64,000 nucleotides of DNA from Octopus vulgaris (lineage: Eukaryota), in NCBI GenBank assembly GCA_951406725.2, contig OX597818.1:47244001-47308000 (forward strand), given 5' to 3'. Below are positions 53,686 through 64,000 of the stretch, one piece after another. Made by a program: the position numbers and the translations under genes. The notes under the pieces are model-generated. The model had not been told where the DNA came from, ran no database searches, and worked only from the letters and a program-made list of their open reading frames with translations. Within the stretch, counting starts at the first letter, position 1. Every line of letters begins with the position of its first letter.

Positions 53686-54400
53686 GCCAGCTCTGTCTGG
53701 CCCCGTGTCGGTGGCACGTAAAAGCACCATCCGTTCGTGTCCGTTGCCAGCCTCGCCTGGCCCCGTGCCGGTGACACGTAAAAGCACCGTCCGTTCGTGG
53801 CCGTTTGCCAGCTCTGTCTGGCCCCGTGTCGGTGGCACATAAAAGCACCATCCGTTCATGTCCGTTGCCAGCCTCGCCTGGCCCCCGTGCCGGTGACACG
53901 TAAAAGCACCATCCGTTCATGGCCGTTTGCCAGCTCTGTCTGGCCCCGTGTCGGTGGCATGTAAAAGCACCATCCGTTCGTGTCCGTTGCCAGCATCGCC
54001 TGGCCCCCGTGCCGGTGACACGTAAAAGCACCATCCGTTCGTGGCCGTTTGCCAGCTCTGTCTGGCCCCGTGTCGGTGGCACGTAAAAGCACCATCCGTT
54101 CGTGTCTGTTGCCAGCATTGCCTGGAACCCGTGCCGGTGACACGTAAAAGCACCATCCGTTCGTGGCCGTTTGCCAGCTCTGTCTGGCCCCGTGTCGGTG
54201 GCACGTAAAAGCACCATCCGTTCGTGTCTGTTGCCAACCTCGCCTGGCCCCCGTGCCGGTGACACGTAAAAGCACCATCCATTCGTGGCCGTTTGCCAGC
54301 TCTGTCTGGCCCCGTGCCGGTGACACGTAAAAGCACCATCCGTTTGTGGCCGTTTGCCAGCTCTGTCTGGCACCTGTGCAGGTGGCACGTAAAAAGCACC
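53686..54400 (+). repeat. GC-rich tandem array: 11 full 60-62-bp units plus a terminal unit, alternating two types (~122-bp dimer)
   Basis: Units start at 53686, 53746, 53807, 53867, 53929, 53989, 54051, 54111, 54173, 54233, 54295 and 54356. Confidence 0.95.
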
Positions 54401-54553
54401 CACTACACTCACGGAGTGGTTGGCATTAGGAAGGGCATCCAGCCGTAGAAACACTGCCAGATCTGACTGGGCCTGACGAAGCCTTCCAGCTTCACAGACC
54501 CCAGTTGAACCGTCCAACCCATGCTAGCATGGAAAGCGGACGCTAAATGATGA
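54400..54553 (+). mobile_element. RTE-LINE 3'UTR core and tail closing the tRNA-array insertion
   Basis: CACTACACTCACGGAGTGGTTGGCATTAGGAAGGGCATCCAGCCGTAGAAAC..CCCATGCTAGCATGGAAAGCGGACGCTAAATGATGA. Confidence 0.85.
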
Positions 54554-54762
54554 TATATATATATATATGTGTGTGTGTGTGCCTGTGTTTGTCCCCCCCT
54601 CAACATCGCTTGACAACCAATGCTGGTGTGTTTACATCCCCGTAACTTAGCAGTTCGGCAAAAGAGACCAATAGAATAAGTACTAGGCTTACAAAGAATA
54701 AGACCTGGGGTCGATTTGCTCGACTAAAGGCTGTGTTCCAGCATGGCCACAGTCAAATGACT

Positions 54763-54845
54763 GTGCAGCCATCTGGTTCGCCAGCCCTCAGTCAAATCGT
54801 CCAACCCATGCTAGCATGGAAAGCGGGTGTTAGACGATGATGATT
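54763..54845 (+). mobile_element. Short RTE-LINE tail replacing the SINE A terminus
   Basis: GTGCAGCCATCTGGTTCGCCAGCCCTCAGTCAAATCGTCCAACCCATGCTAGC..GATGATGAT. Confidence 0.8.
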
Positions 54846-55560
54846 ATGAAGTGAAATTTTTTTAAGCTAAATCACTTAAGCTTTTTTATTTTTTTAGTTC
54901 TCTAACTAATATAATTGTCTTTCTCTTCGACCAACTATATCTAATAAATTCTGCTTTTTATTACTATGTAAAATGAACTAATTAACATTAAGGCTTCATT
55001 TCAATATTTTGTAATTGTTAATCAGTATCTAAAATATCTGCCATTATGTAGCATGTTGATCTGAAATTTCTTATATTAATGGTTACAGCGTTCTTTGGAA
55101 TAAAATTACACCATGGTTGTATTAGCTATTAAAGACTATCTTAAATCTTATCATTATGTCTCTGGTTCCAAGTTTGATTTTAGGAGCTATCTTAGTTATT
55201 ATCAGTTGTATATATTAATGGTTTCCTTCCTTCATTATATTAATTACTGGAGTGTCCCCACTTAATTTAATAGAACTATGAAATTACGTAGAATTATTTT
55301 GTTTTACTTAGAAAATCTTTAGGATTTGTCAAGTAGGATTTAAAAAAGAAAAAAACGTTAAAGGAAAATAAGTCCTCTAGTAAATGTATAGCTATTTCAG
55401 TTAGTATCTAATGTAAATACTTGATCTTGAGTGGGGTAAATGTATATTTCTTGAAACTCCTTTTAAAGAAGAACTATTTTAATATTTCCTTATTCACCTT
55501 AGTTTTTTGAGGAAAGAAAAATATTTTGCCCAGCAGTTCACTGCCCTATTTTGCACTATA

Positions 55561-55928
55561 TATCATCATCATCATTTAATGTCCGCTTTCCATGCTAGCA
55601 TGGGTTGGACAGTTCGACCGGGATTGGGGAAGCCAGGAGGTTGTGCTAGGCTCCAGTCTGATCTGACAGTGTTTCTACTGCTGGATGCCATTCCTAACGC
55701 CAACCACTCCGTGAGTGTAGTGGATGCTTTTTACATTCCACCGGCACAGGTGCCAGGGGAGGCTGACAAACGGCCATGATCAGTTGGTGCTTTTTATGTG
55801 TCACTGACACAGACGACAATCAGGCAGTGCTGGCATCAGCCACGCTCGGATGGTACTCTTTACGTGCCACTGGCACGGGTATCACAACTACAATTTCCAT
55901 TTGATTTTTATTTTGATGTTGATGTTGA
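55561..55928 (-). mobile_element. RTE-LINE 3'UTR with three hairpin units and upstream UTR
   Basis: (CAT)n, core and units, then ATCACAACTACAATTTCCATTTG. Confidence 0.8.
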
Positions 55929-56349
55929 TTATATATGTAATAATTAATAAAGCACTTTATTTTATGTTGATATGTGTGTGATGTCCTGGTCCATGGGAAA
56001 ATTTTCTTATGTGAAACTGGTTTGTAAAGAACAAAGTTGGTTGTTGCTAATGAAACACAAAATCAGTGGGGATTTTCATTTCCTTATAAACTGCTCAACT
56101 GTTTGACTTAACATTACAAGTTTACCTTGTAAAAATTCTTTTATATCCATTTCTCAAATATTTTTTAACAAATTTGGAATTTTATGTGTCATAAAAATAA
56201 TTATGTAGTTCTTTTGCAAACTAGGGTATGTTACATATTTCATAAATATGTGTATATATTTTGTGATTGAGTACATATGCTCTCGGTTATTGCTTGAAGT
56301 ATTAGCTGATGGTATTCCATAAGTTGTTAATCTCAGAAAATACTTTGAG

Positions 56350-56750
56350 GAGGCATGACACTGTGGTTAAGAAAAAGTTTACTTCTAAACCACATGGTTC
56401 CGGGTTCAGTCTCACTGTGTGGCACCTTGGGCAAGTGTCTTCTACCATTACCCTGGGTCCACCAAGACTGGATGTGGTTGATGGAAACTGAAAGAAGCCC
56501 ATCATGTGTACAGATATGCATGTGTATGTATGTAGACATTGCATGATAGTTGTAAATGAATGTCGCTCATATAAGCAGTGTCATTCAGTTCCAACATTCT
56601 GCAAATACATGCCTAGCCATGGAAGAACATTATCTTACTTAGAAATGGTTACGGGTTGGTGGCAGGAAGAGCATCCAACCAAAGAAACTCTGCCTCAACA
56701 AATTCCATCTGACTCATGTTAGCAGAGGAAAAGTGAATGTGAAAATCATT
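56350..56750 (+). mobile_element. SINE variant A' (A head + RTE-like tail)
   Basis: Family A head; tail GGTTGGTGGCAGGAAGAGCATCCAACC..ACTCATGTTAGCAGAGGAAAAGTG. Confidence 0.7.
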
Positions 56751-56759
56751 ATATATATA

Positions 56760-57146
56760 TACTCTTTACTCTTTTACTCTTTTACTTGTTTCATTACATT
56801 TGACTGCGGCCACGCTGGAGCACTGCCTTTAGTTGAGGAAATCGACCCCAGGACTTATTCTTTGTAAGCCTAGTACTTATTTTATCAGTCTCTTTTGGTG
56901 AACTGCTAAGTTATGGGGATGTAAACACACCGGCATTGTTGGGTGTGGGGGACAAACACAAGCACACACATACATATACATATATACGACGGGCTTCTTT
57001 CAGTTACCGTCTACCAAATCCATTCACAAGGCTTTGGTTGGCCTAAGGCTATAGTAGAAAACACTTGCCCAAGGTGCCACACAGTGGGACTGAACCCGGA
57101 ACCATGTGCTTCGTAAGCAAGCTACTTACCACACAGCCTCTCCTGC

Positions 57147-57148
<2 letters not shown>
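56760..57148 (-). mobile_element. SINE family A, full length
   Basis: (CTCTTTTA)n tail through head. Confidence 0.9.
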
Positions 57149-57234
<86 letters not shown>

Positions 57235-57267
57235 GTCAGTAAATGGTGGGGTTCTACTTTTTCCTTT

Positions 57268-57317
<50 letters not shown>

Positions 57318-58037
57318 TTCTTAAGTAATTATGCATTTATCAGATAAGTTAAATTTCATTGAGATAGTATGTAAAAGAAACATTTATCATAATTTTTTTT
57401 TCCCTTCCTAGTGTTATTTATTCGACTTCATAAAATCACTGGTTGATATCAAACCTATTTAATAAGCTTAAGAGTTTGGATTTTTATCTAGGAAAAAGCC
57501 TTTCTGCATCATTTCAGTTCCACTTGAGATTAGAGTACAGGGAATTGAGAACTGGTGGCGGGGGGATCATATTTTCTATTTTGCAGTTGAGTGCTTTATC
57601 ATTTGATTATGATAATTAAAGATATCTTGAAGCAATTACCTCTTAAAAAAAAGAACTTTTAAAAAAATGATGCTGACAAAAACGGAGTGGCTTTTTTGGC
57701 TCTTTGTTTAAAATCAATTTTATCAAGCTAGCTATTGATTTCTATTTTGTTTTAACGATCATAAGTTGTTTAAAAACTAATGGAATATATTGCAGAACAC
57801 TTAATAAAAATCATGTAATTAAACGGGTAAAAAAAAAAAAAAAGTGCTGAAATTATTTCAAAAATAAGTTACCTGATTTAAAATTTTAAAAAAGAAAAAT
57901 CTAATTAAAAACCACCAAAAGTTTGTTTCAGTTAATCCATATATTTTATACAATTACATTATAGGTTCATCTAAGGAAGGCTCTTCTTTCTTCTCTTTCT
58001 CTATTCGTCTAATGGAAATGAGAATGTATGTATGTGA

Positions 58038-58480
<443 letters not shown>

Positions 58481-58919
58481 GTTTGCTATAGAATTGTCAA
58501 TATTAATAATCTTTGTATAAGCTTCAAGATGAAAGAACCAGAATTATAAATGTTGTCCCATTGTCCATACTACACTTAATTGCTTTTGTGCCATCACATT
58601 ACTACCACTACTACTACTACTACTACTACAATAGGATCTATTCTTGATTGTAAACTTTCTTGTCTAAGCTCATCCATTAGACTAACCTCTTCAGATTTTC
58701 ATTATTTTTTTTAAGCTAATAATTTCTGAGAATTATACAAATGCTAATTACTTTTCACTGGACACAAGACTATTTAAAATTAGTTTGTTACCAGCAGTCT
58801 TATCTTTTACTTGTTTCAGTTATTAGACTATGGCCATGCTGGGGCACCACCTTGAATTTTTAGTTGAATGAATTGTCTGCCCAGTACCTTTTTTTTTTAA
58901 TCAAAGCCTGATACTTATT

Positions 58920-59487
58920 TTATTTGTCTCTTTTGCCATACTGTTAAGTTATGGGGAAGTAAACAAACCAACACTGATCGACAAGTGGTAGTGGTGGTAA
59001 TACGAACACACACATATATAGATGTGAAGGATTTCTTTCAGTTTGCATCAACCAAATCCACTCCCAAGATTTTGGTCAGCCTGAGGCTATAGCAGACACC
59101 TCTCTACAGTGCCATACTGTGGGACTGAGCCTGAAACCATGTGGCTGGGGAGCAAGCTTCTTACCATACAGCCATGCTAACCAAAACCCTTTGAAGAATT
59201 TGGTAGATGGAAACTGAAAGAATCCTGTTGTGTACGTATATATATATACATACATGTATAAATCTTAGGGTAGCAAAAAAAAAATCTGAGAAAAATTTTT
59301 TGCTACCAGTGGTCTAGTGAGAAGAAAACTAATCAATAGACTATATATTATTCATATAAACACATAGGAGATGGCCATAACAGGATATCTGACTTGCTAG
59401 AAAGAGTAGTTAAACTCTTAGTGGTTTGTAGTTTAACTACTCTTTCTAGCGAGTCAGATGTCCTGTGATAGCCATCTCTTATGTATT

Positions 59488-59545
<58 letters not shown>

Positions 59546-59963
59546 TATTTGTCTCCTGACCACTGTTTGACAACTGGTGTTGGTTTGTTTACATCCAGAT
59601 AACTTGGTGCTTCAGCAAAAGACACTGATTGAATACCAGGCTTAAAAAATAAATACTGAGGGTGATTCGTTTCACTAAAACCTTCAAGAGTCTGCCCCAG
59701 CATGGTCACAGTCCATTGACTGAAACAAGTAAAAGAGATATATATCTCAATCCTTTTTATTTTGTTAGTAATTTTATATAATGAAATATTATTTATCATG
59801 ATAAATACATAGGACAGCAGTTGTACTACACTGCTTGCTGCTGCCTTCTCATGGAGAAAGCAATTAGTTTTTATTGGCCAATTGTATTCTCTGTTCTACT
59901 AACTTGCTGATTAATTGCTCATAGTTAAGAAAAGTTCTGTGGTTTGGTTATTCATTGAAATAA
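58920..59963 (-). repeat. Inverted segmental duplication, copy 2
   Basis: Reverse complement of 39072-40310 (SINE A pieces, fold-back hairpin at 59355-59490, unique 59740-59963). Confidence 0.92.
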
Positions 59964-60351
59964 TCAGTAAAACCCAATCAAGAATCTCTTACATCTTGCG
60001 GAGAATTACTATTGAATATTTTATTTCTTCATCGAAAATTAAGTTCTAGATTCTATAGAATTTGTTCTTTCTCTTTCACTTAAATATATCTGTAACAAAG
60101 TCTTCCAGCTTCTCATAGAAATTCTTGCTTTCTTTTATTGCTTCCTTTTCTAAAATAAACATTCCTTGTCTGAAATTATCTTCCACAATTTCCCACTGTC
60201 TTTCCTCATTCCAACACCTATATTTCTGGCACATTTCACCAGCTGAAATTTTTACTTTGCTGAACAATCATTCCTCAAGTTGCCATATATAGAAACAAAG
60301 CATCCCTAAAAACCCACACCCTAAAAGGGGCATATTTGACAATATCGTGTA

Positions 60352-60715
60352 TATTTTACTTATTTCATTCATTGGACTGTGGCCATGCTGGGGCACCACC
60401 TTGGAAGGTTTAAGTGAACAAATTGACCACAGTACTTATTCTTAAGTCTGATACTTAATCTGTTAGTCTCTTTTGCTGAACTGCTAAGTTACAGGGATGT
60501 AAACAAATACCCCTTGTTAGTGATGGTGGGGACAAACACACACACACATACGACTTTTTTTGTTTTATTTTTCAGTTTCCATCTACTAAATCCACTTAGA
60601 AGGCATTGGTCAGCCCAGGACTATAATAGTAGAAGACACTTGCCCAAAGTGCCATGCAATGGGACTGACCCCAAAACCATGTGGTTGCAAAACAATCTTC
60701 TTAACCACACAGCCA
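60352..60715 (-). mobile_element. SINE family A, diverged
   Basis: Tail to head recognisable. Confidence 0.8.
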
Positions 60716-61415
60716 TATATTAACCATTCTCCCAACCCAGATGTATAAGTCTGGAACATCTTTAACTTAAAGATCTACTCAACCAGGATTAGCATAAACA
60801 ACCTTCATTATCTAATCTCTTTTTCCTATATATGCCCTAGACTATTAGACTAAATTCCTTCAATATTCTCGAGTTTATCTTCAGCTCCATCCTCTGATTT
60901 ACTTGCATAGCTTCATCCAGTCATTATATCATTACAACCACAACTCTTACTCTAATCATTCCTGCTGGCTAATTAGTTCAACATGTGCCAATTTTACGAA
61001 TGTCAGAAGTTTCACTATCACTATTTGAGATAAGCATTTCTACTAGGTCTGTCTGTCTGTCTGTCTTGCCCTTACTCTCTTTTCCCTCCCCACTTCTCTT
61101 GAGAAAAAAACCAACAAAATCTGGAGAAAATCTTATACTGATATCAACTGCAGACTATTCATCTGGAATATAACCATTGCATCTTTACCAAAACTTTTCC
61201 CTTTATTATTCCCTTTATCCAAAATTCTAAACTAAATTTACTGTGTTTTATTCTATATTGGTAAAGAAGTATACTTTGCATTCAAAGGTCAACTGGTGGG
61301 ATTAAACCAGGTGTTGGGTTAAGTCTGTCACCAAAATTGTCTAGGGAAAACGTCACTTCCCTAAAAGCCATTTTTCTTCTTGTGGGCTTTCACTTCCAAT
61401 CACAAATGCCATTAA

Positions 61416-61512
61416 CTCTTTTGATACCAACCTGGCTGAAACCACCTCTGGCTCTGCAGTACAAATGTCTTGTTTTCAAAAGTTCTGAACTAAAAATCTT
61501 CCCCCAAACCTT
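61416..61512. mobile_element. piggyBac-like MITE family 1, one-ended fragment
   Basis: TTAA|CTCTTTTGATACCAACCTGGCTGAAACC..AAATGTCTTGTTTTCAAAAGTTCTGAA. Confidence 0.65.
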
Positions 61513-62263
61513 GAAAAATTTTAAGAGTATTAACCACACATATCCAGAAGGACTTAGAAATGCATGAACAATTTTACCCTCCAGTTTTAACTACACACAT
61601 TTACACACACACACACACACACACATGAGCTTTTTGCAGTTTTCATCTGTCAAATTCAACTAATAAGGTATTAGTAAACCCAAGGTCAGGTTAGGAGACA
61701 CTCGTACAAACTACCACACTAGGAGATTGAACTTGAGATCACATTGTCGTGGAGTGAACTCTTTACCTATACAGCACTTCTGCTAGTCTTCTTTCTAAGC
61801 ACTAACCTCCCACAGTTCACTCTAGAAATGCTCTAATTCCTGCCTCTTAATTTCAGAGGGTATAAGTCTATAAGCATCATTCTTTGCTTCAGAAAGACGT
61901 GTGTGCGTGTGTGTGTGCGTGCACATGCATGTGTCTCTCTTTTAATCTGATACTGTTTCTAATATGTATATTAATTCAATACTAGTTTGGATAGCATTTA
62001 CACAGAACAGTAAATGTTTACTGATTTCTGTATTGGAACCACTGTTTTCAGCTTAACACAAATTGCACAGTCTGCTCATTACTGAGGGGGCCAAATCAAG
62101 TTGAAACATAAGTGCACTGAGTGAAATCTTGTGTCTTTTGGCACACACACAAATCTCTTTTTGTGAAGTTTCAGTGAGAGAAAATATTACAACTAGTACC
62201 ATTCTACATTTTTATACACACCAATATCTTAATATGCACATTTGAAACAGCATTAAATTAAAT

Positions 62264-62329
62264 TAATATGCCAGTGCATCAAATATGGCATAATATATGA
62301 TATGCCATATTTGATGCACTGGCCTATTA
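62264..62329. repeat. Fold-back hairpin, ~29-bp arms
   Basis: TAATATGCCAGTGCATCAAATATGGCATA / TATGCCATATTTGATGCACTGGCCTATTA. Confidence 0.9.
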
Positions 62330-64000
62330 GATGCACTTTAATCTCAGCAACACAAATTCAGGAAAAATGGTTTTGGTGCATTGTAGGTCCAACCTTTTTT
62401 GGGGTTTTTTTTTGTATGCCATTAAATGGGGGTTTTTTTATAGGTAAAGGATTTCGATTTTAAATAAAAGGGAAAATAGAGATGTCATTTCTTTTTCAAG
62501 TATTAGTAACATGTGAATGGTTTCTGCAGATGTTGAAACTAGGTTTTTGATTGGCCAATGAAGGGAAGCCTCTAAGTGGTCACTCAATCTGCTTGTAATA
62601 GCAGTCAATTTTTTTTTTTTTTGCATCTTACTATCTTCAAGTAAAAAGGAAAAAGAAAAAACCCTGGATAATCTAATTAAGTGTTCACAATATCCAAGAA
62701 AAGATGTGATAATCTTGGCTAATATGCCTTTCATCATTGATATGCTTTATCTGAGCTGACCTGGGGCTAAACAATTAAATGTTTAGAAGTTCTGGTTTAC
62801 TGCAGATCACACTATTATAATAATTACATGACTGATGTATAATCAGAGTTAAAACATCCTCATATACGATCTATACTATAATGAAAAAAAAAAGCTATTT
62901 ATTAATTATGAGTTTGTAACATTTACTAAAAAAAAAGAAGCAATTATTAAAGTCTACACTGTCTAAAGAATTATTAAAAATTCCAATTCTAATATTTTTT
63001 TTCGTCAAAATTTGGTTTTCATAATTCTTCAATTCACTTGAAATAGCATTTAAAAAAAAATCTCTTTCCATCTTTTCCTTATCACTTCTATTCCTATTAG
63101 TCTTTGACTATCCTTATAATGTCCTCTCTTACCCAATTTAATTGTTTCCATTTAAAAAAAAACAAAAAAAAACTAACAAGCACTACCCTCCAGGCTTTTT
63201 TCTGCTAGTTACAATAACGATTTTAACTCTGAAATTTGCCGATGGTAGCTCTCACCACTCTCCATTCAACTTGTCTTTTGCTTCAAACATAGATACAATT
63301 ACTTATTCCAAGGAACATTCCCCAATGGATTCTATTTCCTTTCCATGTACTCTAAGTTGACACCAACTTGTAAATTTGTTTCTAGCTGAAACTCACTGAA
63401 TACTCACTCTTAAAACAAAGTTCTCTCAGTCAAAACAGTTTTTGTGATACTCTTTGTTTATAAACCAAATACACTGTATGTTGTTTTTAGCAGTGGCAAC
63501 TACATTGTCTTGATATTTAGTCTAGAGGAAAAACCCTAACTATCATTTATTTTTTTTTTTTTTTTCTTACGATAATGTCTCAAAAATATTTTACATTAAA
63601 TACTATGGACTAAGTACATTTTGGACGGTTTTCGTATTTTGATAAAATTCACTGATACTGAACAGTATTTACTTTCGAGATAATTAATACCGGATGAAAG
63701 AACTGATAATCTTTGAAACCCCAATAAGCCCTTGGGGAAATGCAGCAGTGAAGATATTCAAGTTGTTAAAATCATAATGATGAAGATGGGAAAACTTACA
63801 TTGAAAACAAATTTTGTAGGGAACTTGAGCAGTTGTGAATTTTGCTTCTGTTGACTCAGATGTTATCAGAAGAAATTTGAGACTGCAATATTTTAATCAA
63901 ATCCTGTGATTTCATATTTTACTTTAGTTAAATGTCTTTTGAGAGAATCAAAAATAGTGTAGCTTCTTTCTTTGGTGATCTGTTTTATCTTAATGCTTTG

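Larger units (their letters stand above)
53407..54763 (+). mobile_element. SINE family A split by a ~950-bp insertion in its (TA)n
   Basis: 5' half at 53407-53599, 3' half at 54554-54763. Confidence 0.88.

Noticed and set aside
53686-54400. CRISPR-like array
   Set aside because: There are no unique spacers (whole units repeat), no cas genes, and the context is eukaryotic; the unit belongs to a LINE 3'UTR.
53678-54517. 279-aa and neighbouring ORFs
   Set aside because: They are translations of the GC-rich tandem array, open in several frames, with no recognisable domain.
60076-60267. 63-aa protein-like ORF (possible exon)
   Set aside because: No recognisable homology or convincing splice sites; cannot be supported without a search.

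Overview
AT-rich eukaryotic (animal) intronic or intergenic DNA. No host protein-coding exon can be supported. The repeat repertoire matches what I recall from octopus/coleoid cephalopod genomes (inference, not a database result). The window is a dense mosaic. It holds about 35 copies or fragments of a tRNA-derived SINE with an internal microsatellite (called family A here; A, B, D and E are my labels), plus other SINE families. It also holds 5'-truncated RTE-clade LINE ends, Penelope-like remnants with minimal hammerhead-ribozyme motifs, MITEs (Merlin-, piggyBac-, Tc1/mariner- and hAT-like), a non-autonomous Helitron, a decayed Tc1/mariner transposase and a 3.5-kb alternating (TA/TG)n array. 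Most notable: (1) an intact tRNA-Ala(AGC) fused to a 12-unit hairpin tandem array and an RTE-LINE 3' tail, nested in the (TA)n of a SINE, resembling a SINE at birth (53600-54553); (2) a palindromic, tRNA-headed, hammerhead-bearing element (52445-52935); (3) a ~1.1-kb inverted duplication about 19 kb apart (39072-40310 / 58920-59963); (4) recurrent microsatellite-anchored fold-back hairpins. All coordinates were read by eye, and boundaries of diverged repeats are approximate.
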